This document shows, in pieces, positions 52,576 through 64,000 of a stretch of 64,000 nucleotides of DNA (positions within the stretch are counted from its first letter, which is position 1; each line of letters begins with the position of its first letter). Both the position numbers and the translations under genes were made by a program. The notes below the pieces were generated by a model. The model was not told the origin of the DNA, did no database searches, and saw only the letters and a program-made list of their open reading frames with translations. Source of the stretch: Octopus vulgaris (lineage: Eukaryota); assembly GCA_951406725.2 (NCBI GenBank), contig OX597819.1:86242001-86306000 (forward strand), written 5' to 3'.

Positions 52576-53899
52576 GTAAAAAAGAGGAAAGATCCCCTTT
52601 GGCGATGTATGACTGGGATTGCACCTAGAAAGTTACCTTCCGATGTACAAGTCCGGGCAAGGTTATTTTATGGAAGATCAGCAGTTCCCCGTGCACACCA
52701 GCCTCCCCTCTCCATGTCAGCTCAGTTCAACATATGAGTGAAATGTAGCTACGTGACATAAAGTGTCTTTCCCAAGAGCACAACATAGCCTGGTCTGGGA
52801 AACGAGCTCACTACACCGTGATTAAACGTTTTTTGAAAATATCTATCAACCAAGAAAACGAACATATTAATCGCACGACGACCGGTAAGAAGAAACTGAT
52901 TACGGACTCAGAAATTCTGCCTTGAATAAATATTTTTATTTTTAAAAAAATAATATTGAGTACTTTTTCGCTTAAGTGAAATTTATATCAGCGTAGAAAC
53001 AAAAGATCACCTTGCAGTATATATACATGTGTGTAGGTGTCTGTGTGCGTATGTGAGTGTGTGTGTATGAGCGTGTGTGATAATCTTACGCGCGTGCGCG
53101 TAATCGTACATTGCGTACATATGTGTATATCAATGTCTTTCTTCGTCTGTTATGGATGATCTGGGTTTCATCACTTCAAAAGTGCTTATTTTAATATGCA
53201 AGGACTTTTGGAAGACAAGAAGTTATCTTTCAGCGCATGACGTCACTTGCTACACCAATTATATTTTCCAAGGTCACCGCCGATACCGTTTGATACTATT
53301 GTCAACGAAGTTGTTGCCGTCAGAACGCCTACAACAATAACAAATATAGTAAGGCGTCCCATCCAACGCTCTGACAATTTCACCAAGCCATTACCTTCAA
53401 CTGGTACTCTGTTTATCATTAACAAAAGGATTAAAGGGCTGAGTTGATTTGAATTGTAGTCAGTATTTTATTAGTTATACAAACGCATCTCCAGATAATG
53501 GCCGACGGTTCACAAATACAAACACTATAGCTATTTCACTAATTTCTTTAAATAATTAATATTCATATGATCAATACGATAGAGTATTTTTAGGATATTG
53601 TGTATCAAAAATTCAATTTTTGGAATCCAGAAAAACGAGCGTATTGCTAGAAAGCCAACAGAAAGATCAGACTTTCAAAAAAATTATAAATGTAGTGAAA
53701 GGTATACAAGACATATGGAAAAAATCGAATCCATTAAGAATGCAAAATCTACATTTACTTCTCACATTAAATAATAACCTTCTTAAAACAGAAGCAAGAA
53801 GGACTTGGCAATGTGTGTGTGTGTAGGAAAATATATTTGGGTGGAGCATTAAATAAGCAGTAATGGAGTTGGTTTGGAAATAACAAATAATCTTTTCTT

Positions 53900-54282
53900 C
53901 TCTAGACTCAAGGCCCGACATATTTGGTGGGGAAGCGGGCCAGTCGATCAGATTGCAACTGGTAATTAATTTATCGATTTCAAAAGGATGAAAGGCAAAG
54001 TCGACCTCAGCGGAATTTGAATTCAGAACGTGAAGGCAGACGAAATACCTATTTCTTTACTACCCACAAGGACCTAAACACAAAGAAGACAAACAAGGAC
54101 AGACACACGGATTAAGTCGATTATATCGACCCCAGTGCGTACCTGGTACTTAAATTATCGACTCCGAAAGGATGAAAGGCAAAGTCGACCTCGGCGGAAT
54201 TTGAACTCAGAACGTAATGGCAGACAAAATACGGCTACGCATTTCGCCCGGTGTGCTAACGTTTCTGCCAGCTCGCCGCCTT
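53900..54282 (-). mobile_element. SINE (gcgagctggcagaaacg family)
   Basis: Reverse complement of the 57972/20305 family. Confidence 0.85.
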
Positions 54283-54409
54283 GAAAATAACAAATAATGC
54301 AAAAAGTAATTTCAAGTACAGCCAATTTATTACAAGACATAATTGGATTTTGTTTTTTAAATAAATTGAGTTGTAGTTGCGAAGATGAAGAATTCGTCAT
54401 GTACTGGTT

Positions 54410-54636
54410 TGTCTTTTACTTGCTTCAGTAATTAAACTGCGACCAGGCTGGTGCATCGCTTAGAAAGATTTTAGTAGAACAAATCGGTCCCATTACTTCT
54501 AAACTTGGTACTTATTCTATCAGTCTTCACTTATCGAAGCGCTAAGTTGCGGGGACATATTTGTCTGCCCCTACCAATTGTCAAGCCGTAGTGGGTGGCA
54601 AACCGACGCATGCACACACTGTCTGTCTGTCTCTCT

Positions 54637-54674
<38 letters not shown>

Positions 54675-55465
54675 TCTCTCTCACTCTCTCAAACACACAC
54701 ACATAAGACAGGGTCTTTTTAGTTTCCATCAACCAAATCCATTGACAAGTCTTCGAGCAGTCCGAGGCTATAGTAGAAGACACTTACCCACGCAGCGTGA
54801 ATGAACCCGGAACCATCAGGTTGTGAAGTAAACTTTTTACTACAAATCCATGCCAACATCTATACACAACCATGCACACACAAACACACACACACGCGAA
54901 ATTGGCCTGAATAATATCGTGTGTTATTAGATTACGATTCGCAAGGGATGAAAATGATTTGTTAAAGATTATCTGTGTAGCAGCATATAAATCACATTGA
55001 CAGAATGTAGGATATACAATGTCCAAGAATTGAAATAACATAATTTAAAGTTTCCTTGAGAAACTTAAGACGTGAACATAGCTATGTGTTAAGAAGTTTC
55101 CTTCCCAACCACATGGTTCTAAGTCCAGTCCCATTGCATGGCATCTTGGGCTAATATCTTCTACAATAGCCTCGGGCCGACCAAAGCTTTGTGAGTGGCT
55201 TTGATAAACAGAAACTGAAAGAAACACGGCGTATATATACATAGACATATGTATGTGTGTTTGTCCCCTGCCCACTACTGCTTGACAACCGATGTTGAAC
55301 TGTTTATGTCCCAGTAACTTAGTAGTTCGGCAAAAAAGTCCGATAGAATAAGTGCCGTAGGTTAAGAAAATGAGTGCTGTAGTTGATACATTCGACTAAA
55401 AATTTTTCAGGGCGATGCCTCAGCATGGCCGTTGTCTATTAACTAAAACAAATAAGATATAAAAG
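54410..55465. mobile_element. Two oppositely oriented diverged SINEs (54410-54850 minus, 55075-55465 plus)
   Basis: Head and tail motifs of the 60053 family on opposite strands. Confidence 0.7.
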
Positions 55466-56032
55466 CTATGCTAATATCAGATATGTGAGTAGGGGAAATT
55501 GTGTTTGGCTCCTATGAATTATGAAGTTCTACACACTGATAAACATTATGCCCATTATAAGTGGTTCTTTTTTTTTTTAATTAATTTGAAAATGAACATT
55601 GAAACGGAAGTGGCTGAAAAGAAATTTATCAGGTCAAGTTTCAGGAACATGTTGGAACCTTTAAAAATGAAGAGTTATTCTTGATAAAAGGAAACAACTT
55701 TTCTCAAATGGAGCAATTCATTGTTTCATATCTTCTGTCAAAGTGTTGAAATAAATTTAAGCAAACGAAAGCAGAAATATTTCTACACATTTCTTACTTT
55801 GCGTTTCTCTTAATTTATGTAATCCTTACTTCTACTTAATGATATATTTGACAATCTAAAATGCGCTCTTCTTTTTAAATAGATTTTCTCTGCAATGAGA
55901 AAAAGATATTATTTATTTAATTTGTCATTCAACCATCTCGTAATGTATATCTTGAGATATAAGAGAAAAAAAAAACACACTCACAGATCTAAAAGCAAGA
56001 ACCTAAGAGTAAAAACGAATAGAAAATTATAC

Positions 56033-56127
56033 CTGACATGATAAATCAGCCATCTCGAATGATTTTAAGGGTAGGAAATTAAATTGATAACAGCTGCTCT
56101 GAAACGTTTCCCATCCAAGAGGGCAAT
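56033..56127 (-). CDS. Cont: Contactin-like exon 2, start of C-type lectin domain (DCPLGWETFQSSCYQFNFLPLKSFEMADLSCQ)
   Basis: ttttaacag| acceptor, CAG|GTATAA donor; CPxGW..CY..A..C CTLD motif; phase 1->0. Confidence 0.9.
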
Positions 56128-57381
56128 CTGTTAAAATGGATGACAATAAATAAGATTAATACAAATACTCGTGCTATAAGGTTTACTTGCATATATGTGC
56201 GGGAGTGCATGTGTGTAGAATGTGCATGTGTGGGTATATTGCGAAAATGCACTATATCATTCATACAATAGCATATATGTAAGTACACACACACACAAAT
56301 ATACATATATATATATACGTGTGTGCATGTATGTATGTATGCATCTTTGTATGATTGTGTGTATATGTGTTCGTATGAATGTGCGTGCTTATGTGTATGT
56401 AAATCTGTTTTGCAGTTGTATATTTTATAATCATATTTGCGACAAACGAGAGCTACAATGAAAGAGAGGGAGAGAAAGAAAAGGAGAGAGAGGGAGTGAG
56501 GGAGAGAGCTACTGTCAAACGAGGTATCATTTGTTCTGTAAGCAATTTACGATTATTAAACATCTTTCAGGAGTTTCCCTCAACTATAGTGCATTTCTTC
56601 AAGATTTAATCCACGTGAATCCTCTCCCGGAGATTTGCTGTGCTTTTTAAAAGGATTTATTAATATGAAGAGGACTGCTAGGACATGCGGCAGACATCTA
56701 TAAAAATACATGCAGAAAATTCACAATGCAGCTGCTCCAGATGATGGTGATGATGGTGATGATGGAGATGAAGATAATAATAATGAAAATTATAGTTTTG
56801 ACATTTATGATCATCCTGGTGATGGTGGTGATGATGAAAATCATGATGTTGACCATGATGTTGATGATGGTCATCATGTTAGCCCTGACAACTCTGCCTT
56901 TCTTCGTGCATCGAAATTCGTATTAGTCAGCGCGTTATATATATTCTATCGTCTTGTTTTAGCTTTTATATGCCATGTGAGCATAGCCTGAAGATTGCAT
57001 GAAGACACCAGACGCGATATAATATGGTATCTGAGTTGTGTTTATCGCATAAAACTATTCGTTGCTCATAAAAATATATACCGTGTGCAATAAACTCTAC
57101 ATATGCGTACGTGCGTGTGTATGAGTGTGTTTGTGAGTGTATAAAGTTAAAAGCCAAGGATCAAGGTCTAAGAAGTTAGTAAGCTTCGACCAGTCCATAG
57201 AAGGTATAAAAAGTAACTTTCAGGAACAATGGTAGTTTATTGACGTAGAAAGTTGTAAATTTTCCCCCATATCGAAGTTCGATAAACTGAAAAAAATGTT
57301 ATTTTATAGATTACGGTTAACAGCTGAGGTTGCTGTGTATGCGAATAAAAATCCAAATTTAAGGAATGGAGTGGATAAAAT

Positions 57382-57470
57382 CCAGGTTACATATGTTTCA
57401 TAGCTAGCAGAACCTCAGAAGTAGTAATTACTCAAACAAGTGGTAGTCCACTAGCTACTCGTCAGGCCGA
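57382..57470 (-). ncRNA. Type I hammerhead motif with long stem II; stem I degenerate
   Basis: Minus strand: ttcggc CTGACGA gtagctagtggac..gttctgctagctat GAAA catatg TA acctgg; partial inverted copy at 57577-57604. Confidence 0.75.
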
Positions 57471-57634
57471 AGATACCTTAATCAAATGGAGAATACAGTG
57501 CCGTCAAAGGATCCCCTGTTAACTAGTAGGAGATTCGATCGAGTCTCCTGTGAGTTAACATAATTGTTACTCCCAAGGTTCTACTAGCTATGAAATTCCA
57601 TTCCCTAGTTCTGGAAAGATAGTTTCTTATTTTT

Positions 57635-57834
57635 TTTATCTGTTTCAGTTGTTTGACTGCCGTCATACTGGAGCACCGTCTTTTGTCGAGCAAATTGACC
57701 CCAGGAATTATTCTTTGTAAGCCTAGTACTCATTCTATCGGTCTCTTTGGCTGAACCGCTAAGTTACGGGGACGTAAACACACTAGCACCGGTTGTTAAG
57801 AGAGGTTGGTATGGGACAAAAACACACACACAAG

Positions 57835-57869
<35 letters not shown>

Positions 57870-57882
57870 GTATATATATATA

Positions 57883-57932
<50 letters not shown>

Positions 57933-58202
57933 TGTGTGTGTGTTTTTGTACCATCCCAACCACTCTTATCAAGGCGGCGAGCTGGCAGAAACGTTAGCAC
58001 GCCGCGCGAAATGCGTAGCCGTATTTCGTCTGCCGTTACGTTCTGAGTTCAAAATCCGCCGAGGTCGACTTTGCCTTTCATCCTTTCGGGGTCGATAAAT
58101 TAAGTACCAGTTATACACTGGAGTCGATGTAATCGACTTAATCCGTTTGTCTGTCCTTGTTTGTCCCCTCTGTGTTTAGCCCCTTGTGGGTAGTAAAGAA
58201 AT

Positions 58203-58238
<36 letters not shown>

Positions 58239-58390
58239 GACGGGCTTCTTTCAGTTTCCATCAACCAAATCCACTTACAAAGCTTTGGCCAGCACGAGGC
58301 TATAGTAGAAGACACTTGCCTAAGGTACCATATAGTGGGACTGAACCCAGGACCATGTGTTTGGTAAGCAAGCTACTTACCACACAACCA
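57635..58390. mobile_element. Nested SINEs: plus-strand copy 57972-58202 lying between the tail (57635-57810) and head (58238-58390) of a minus-strand SINE
   Basis: Family-diagnostic heads and tails, with the host's internal microsatellite on both sides. Confidence 0.8.
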
Positions 58391-58767
58391 CAGTTACATA
58401 TATAGATCGATAGAAAAATCCCCACAGAACTATGGGGATTCCACTACCGTTTGTGATCTAGTGTTCGTTACTTTACGCCCTCGAAACGTACAGGTTTTCG
58501 TACATATAGATATACGGTCAAAGGGGAAATAAGTCTAATTCTCCACCACCCCACACTTCTTTCTGCTTTCTTTTTCTTTTTCCGGTTTTTCAACGAGTTA
58601 ACACAGAATCCCTTGACGACAATGTAAACATCATTTGGTTAAGGTATCTTTGGCCCGACGTGTAGCTAGCAGATTACCCCTCGATTGGATAATTTCTACT
58701 CCCGAAGTTTTGTCAGCTATGAAACAGATGTAGCCTGGATTTTATCTACTCCATTCCGTAATTCTGT

Positions 58768-58862
<95 letters not shown>

Positions 58863-59008
58863 CATATATATATTACATAACAGTGATTCCATTACTTCCT
58901 AGCAATATCTGAAGAAGGAATTTTTATATTCAGAAATATTATACTAGACTATGAATAATTAAACAGTTATTATAATCTACTCTGCGTTGTTGTGCCATTC
59001 CATACACG

Positions 59009-59057
<49 letters not shown>

Positions 59058-59060
<3 letters not shown>

Positions 59061-59440
59061 ATTTTTCCAACGGTTACTGAAATCTGTAGTGGTTTCACGA
59101 AGCCCCTTCCGTAATTTCTGATGGGAAGTGCATGTGGGCGGTCATGTCTCGAGCTCATCTGCATTGGCATATCTGCAGTGCTGTTAACAAGTTATGTATT
59201 ATACATGCATTTATGTATTATACGTGCATTTTATATATAATATTTTTTACATGAGCATGTTACCATCGCGCGTGAAGGGTGTCAATATTGTTAATTTCCA
59301 GTCTGTTGTTAATTTGGGGCACTAGGCAATTTTCGAGGATAGCCGCCTTAATTCTTAAATTTCTTAAATTTCTGTCATTGGCCTCGATTTTGAGTATGTT
59401 TTTGTCGACGTTGTCTGAACAGGTGCACTGTGCACCACGC
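59058..59440 (-). mobile_element. PLE 3' remnant (GIY-YIG C-terminus plus 3' UTR) ending at (TA)n
   Basis: LRNLRIKAAILENCLVPQINNRLE resembles the PLE endonuclease end xRIKEAxxIxxxxPxIN. Confidence 0.55.
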
Positions 59441-59585
59441 ATCAGGTGTCAAAGTGGTCCCAGAGCAACGTGAGATAAAAGTATTTTACTGAAGGACTCA
59501 ATGCTCCAACCGGTCTAGGAATTGAAACCACAATCTTGCGGTCGAGAGTACAACACCCTAACCACTAGGTCAAGAGTAATTACAC

Positions 59586-59658
<73 letters not shown>

Positions 59659-59667
59659 TACACAAAG

Positions 59668-59825
59668 ACGTGGCTGTGTGGTAAGAAGTTAGCTCCCTCC
59701 CCACATAGTTCCGGATTCAGTTTCACTGTGTGATACTTCGTGCGAGTGTGTTCTACTATAACCTCAGATCGACCAAAGCCTTGTGAGTGGTTTTAGTGGA
59801 CAGAAACTGAAAGAAGCCTGTCGTA

Positions 59826-59868
<43 letters not shown>

Positions 59869-61525
59869 TGCGTGTGTGCATGTCTTTGTCCACCACCACC
59901 GCTTGACAAGCGATGTTAGTGTGTTTGCGTCCCCGTGGCCTAGCAGTTTGACATAAAGAGACCGTTACAATAAGTACCAGGTTTTACAAAAAGGCAGTAC
60001 TGATGCCGACTCGCTCCAGTAAAATTCTTCCAGTGGATGCAGTCTAATGACTGGCGCAGGAGTGGCTGTGTGGTAAGTAGCTTGTCTACCAACCACATGG
60101 TTCCGGGTTCAGTCCCACTGCGTGGCATCTTGGGCAAGTGTCTTCTGCTATAGCCCCGGACCGACCAATGCCTTGTGAATGGATTTGGTAGACGGAAACT
60201 GAAAAGAAGCCCATCGTATATATGTATATATATGTATGTGTTTGTACCCCTAGCATTGCTTGACAACCGATGCTGGTGTGTTTACGTCCCCGTCACTTAG
60301 CGGTTCGGCAAAAGAGACCGATAAGAATAAGCACTGGGCTTACAAAGAATAAGACCCGGGGTCGATTTGCTCGACTAAAAGGCGGTGCTCCAGCATGGCC
60401 GCAGTCAAATGACTGAAACAAGTTAAAGAGTAAAAGAGTAAAGAGTATATAATTTCTTGAGCTTCGGCTACAAATCAGTCTTTAAATGCTTATAATTAAT
60501 TTCTTATGATAGAAATATTTGTAATCAAATACGTATCCGTGCAAATTACGATCCTTAATAGCTTGGAGCAATCCAGTTAAAATTAGTTTTGGTGTCTACG
60601 CAGATATTATTATTAATCTCGTATATGTTTCGGTCATTGGTCTGCATTCAAAGTTATTAGTCGAACACGTCAACACCACCACTTATTGTTTTGAGGTCTG
60701 ATATTTATAATATCGGAGTTTTGTCGAAAAGCTAAGATGCGGGGGTATATACAACCCAACACCGATTCTCAAGCGGTTGGGTGAGGGATAGACAGACACA
60801 CACACCTACACACATGCATACATTCTTATATATGCAGGCGCAACTGTGTGGGAAGAAATTTGTCAACTACATGATTTTGGGTTCAGTTCCACTACATGGC
60901 ACCATGGGCTATTGTGTTTTGTATAGCCTGGAGTCGATCAAAGCCTTGTGATTGGATTTGGTAGGGTGAAACTGAAAGAAGCCCGTCGTACATACATATG
61001 TGTGCGTGTATGTATGTGTTCGTGTTGTCTCTGTGTTGGTGTTCATCCACCACCACCGCTTTTCAACCGGTGTTGATTTGTTTACGTCCCCTTCAATTAG
61101 CTGCTCGAGTTGTTCGATTAAACCCTTCAGTGTGGTGCCCCAGCATTGCCACAGAAGCTTGCTTCCCAAATACATCGTTCCGGGTTTGGTCCGACTGCAT
61201 GATACCCTGAGCAAGTGTCTTCTACTGTAGCCTCTGGCCAACCAAAGCCTTGTGAGTGGATTTGGTAGAAGCCCGTCGTATACATATATATATACACGTT
61301 TATATTAATGTGTGTGTCTGTGCTAGTCCCGTTGTCATCGCTTGACAACCGATGCTAGTGTGTTTATGTCCCCGTAACTTAGAGGTTCGGTAAAAGAGAG
61401 CAATAGTATAAGTAATTGGCTTACAAAGAATAAGTGTTGGATTTCTCGACTTAAACCCTTTAAGGCAGTGCGCCAGCATAGCCGCAATCAAGTGACAGAA
61501 ACAAGCTAAAAAGTAGAAAATTAAA
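59668..61525 (+). mobile_element. SINE cluster including a young full-length copy at 60053-60446 with an (AAAGAGT)n tail
   Basis: ggcgcaggagtggctgtgtggtaag A box, ggttcagtccc B box, cttgggcaagt core-like motif; at least four related copies in tandem. Confidence 0.88.
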
Positions 61526-61576
<51 letters not shown>

Positions 61577-62479
61577 CAGATTGGAGCCTGGTACAGCCTT
61601 CTGGCTTGCCAGACCTCAGTCAAATCGTCCAACTTTTGCCAGCATGGAAAGCGGACCTTAAACAACGACGACGACGATGATGATGATATATGTATAAATA
61701 TTTACATATTTATATGTATATATGTGTGTGTATGTGTGTGAGTGTTTGTGTGTTTATGTGTGCGACGATTGGCAGAATCATTAGGGCGTCGAATTAAACG
61801 CTTTGATATATTTCTTCCGACTTTCTGCCTTCTGAGTTCAAACCCCATCGGCATCAACATTATTTTTTTCTTCCTTTCAGGATCAATAAATGGGGCACAG
61901 CAATAGAACTCTAGTTGATTCTTCTTCTTCTCTCTCCTACTCCCCCTCCACCCTCTCTATCCTACTCCACTTCCTCCCGCTCTCCTCCCCCACTCCCCTC
62001 CCTCTTTCCTCTCCCACTCCCTTCTCTCTCTCTCTCTCTCACTCTCCTTCTAGATGAAATTGGTTCTATGTTGACTAAGGTGCCGTGTTATAGGAGCATA
62101 CTTGGAATTTCGGTTGCAAAGTGAATCATTTCCGAATAACAAAGCCTAGCTTTTGGATGGCTTAGTCCGTCACTGTACCTCTCAGTTTATCTTTTTGTCC
62201 ACCTGATTATTTGTGCCTGTCTCTGTTTACCTTTCTGTCAGTCTGTTTCTCTGTCTGTCTGTATCCCCCCACTCTCTCTCTCTCTCTCTCTCGCTCTCAC
62301 GGTCTATCTCTTTCTTATACCGCCACTATATTTTGTTGGCCTCATCACTTTCTTTCTTCCTCTCTTTGTTTCCGTGTTTGTCATGGTTGTTACTGTTTGT
62401 TATTTAGTTCCAGCTTCAATCATTCATGGCACTATTTATGTAGGATCATACTTCTCACTTTGGTGGCTCACAAAGTAAA

Positions 62480-62790
62480 GGTGTATGGCTCAGTGGTTAG
62501 ATTTTGAATTCGATTCCCGGATCGGGCTGTGTGTTGTGTTCTTGAGCAAAACACTTTATTTCACGTAACTCCAGTTCAATCAGCCGTTGAAATGAACAGC
62601 GATGTCATTGGTACCAAGCTGTATCGGTCTTTGCCTTTCCCTTGGATAATATCGATGGCATAGAGAGGGAAAGGTGGTATGCATAGTTGACTGCCAGTCT
62701 TCCGAAACAATCTTGGCCGGACTTGTGCCTCGGAGAGGAACTTTCTATGTGCAATCCTATGGTCATTCGTGACCAAAGGTGTTCTTCACT
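62480..62790 (+). mobile_element. tRNA-derived SINE of another family (related fragment at 52575-52810, minus strand)
   Basis: ggtgtatggctcagtggttag..ttcgattccc boxes, gtgttcttgagcaaaacact core. Confidence 0.75.
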
Positions 62791-62875
62791 TTTTTACCTG
62801 ACATATTTGTTGTTTTATAATATTGCAAAACTGGTATCATTGTATGACTCGACACGAGATGCCAACGACACTTAC

Positions 62876-62957
62876 CGTAAATTAATTTTCCGTTCACCAA
62901 CGACAAGAAAGAACACGATAATATGATTAAGTCAATCATTGTTATTAAGCTCCACAT
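62876..62957 (-). CDS. Cont: Contactin-like gene, coding exon 1 (signal peptide MWSLITMIDLIILSCSFLSLVNGKLIY)
   Basis: ATG at 62957, hydrophobic signal-like peptide, donor G|GTAAGT at 62875, acceptor ttttgtacag| at 62973; phase 1 matches the next exon. Confidence 0.8.
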
Positions 62958-63605
62958 TCTTATTCTTGATATCTGTACAAAACAAAAAAAATAAATAAAA
63001 CAAAATAAGAATAAAGCTGAAGTAATTCATATTGGGGCAGATAAGAAATGCAATGATAGACTCAAAGAAAGAGTAAAACAACACACACGAATTGTCTATT
63101 TTACGCGGACAATGAACTCTAAAACTAAAGATTAAATCTTCATCTTGTAAGAAAAATGGTGTAAATATTTGATATTGCTTGAGGTACAATATTCCTGAAA
63201 ACAAAATATCTTATTCCTGGAAATTCTTTACTTGAAAATCCTCTGCATGATTTCAATAGACCTTGGACCAAACAACAAAAACAACAGCCTGAAGCAATTT
63301 CCTTCTGCATCTATGTGTGTATGCATGTATGTATGTACGTATGTATGTATGTATTTATGCATGTATGTATCTATGTATTTATGTATGTGCGTATGTATCT
63401 ATGTATGTATGCATGCATGCATGCATGCATGTATGTATGTATGCATGTATGTATGTATGTATGTATGTATTTGTTTGAGATTTATGTAAGTTCTTTAGGT
63501 TCTGCCAGTCGCATACTAAACAAGACATTTTGAATTAAGACAGTTTCTACGTTTTCGTGTAAACCTGTAGATTTGTATGTATATATGTATGTGTGTTGCG
63601 TGTGA

Positions 63606-63660
<55 letters not shown>

Positions 63661-63661
<1 letters not shown>

Positions 63662-63890
63662 AAAATATTTTTATACTCTGAGAGGAGACACTTGACAGGA
63701 CTCCATAAATGCTAAAAGGACAGTTAAAACCCAAACCACGAAAAAAGAATTCATGGGGTACGCTGTTATAACACTAGAACGAACAGCGAGCTGCATGAAT
63801 TCTTTTTTTCGTGGTTTGGGTTTTATCTGCCCTTTTTAGCATGTAAGGAGTCCTGTCAAGGGTTTCTTCTCTGTGTATGAAAATATTTTA
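63661..63890. repeat. About 230-bp imperfect hairpin (MITE-like fold-back)
   Basis: 63661-63755 pairs with 63794-63890, with an inner cgctgtt/aacagcg stem. Confidence 0.85.
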
Positions 63891-64000
63891 TAGACTCTTA
63901 TACTTAAAAAAATATGTTGTATCTTATGACATATATTTATGCATGCTAACCACTGCCAATAAATTATTTTAATTTATTACTCTCATGTCATTTGTATGAA

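Noticed and set aside
56710-56991. Asp/His-rich ORF
   Set aside because: Degenerate (GAT)n microsatellite with no splice or homology support
58900-58950. Possible hammerhead ctgaaga-aggaatttttatattca-gaaa between TA tracts
   Set aside because: No stem III and no convincing stem I; at best a decayed remnant, so not counted
59080-59175. Possible minus-strand hammerhead downstream of the PLE remnant (cagatgag...gaaaccacta)
   Set aside because: Core mutated and stems cannot be paired convincingly

Overview
AT-rich, microsatellite- and SINE-dense eukaryotic DNA whose repeat families look like those of octopus/coleoid cephalopods (inferred from SINE types, not verified). The whole window is the 5' part of one minus-strand gene. 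Nine coding exons (62957->10365, 1180 nt, about 393 codons) splice in frame with matching phases into signal peptide + C-type lectin domain + two Ig domains, the N-terminus of an invertebrate-type contactin; the supplied ORF track mostly misses them. The introns hold several Penelope-like retroelements (PLEs): a Hydra-type RT/GIY-YIG ORF at 153-1703, a near-intact Neptune-type element at 41792-44647 with inverted pLTRs, and shorter remnants. They also hold RTE and CR1 LINE fragments, hAT and mariner remnants, MITEs, a non-autonomous Helitron and many tRNA-derived SINEs. The most striking unannotated layer is at least seven type I hammerhead-ribozyme (HHR) motifs of different sequence families, mostly in short inverted-repeat insertions within (TA)n tracts. 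One is a perfect 132-bp palindrome encoding a complete HHR on each strand. All HHRs in the gene's sense orientation look mutated or structurally masked. Most short ORFs in the track are microsatellite artefacts.
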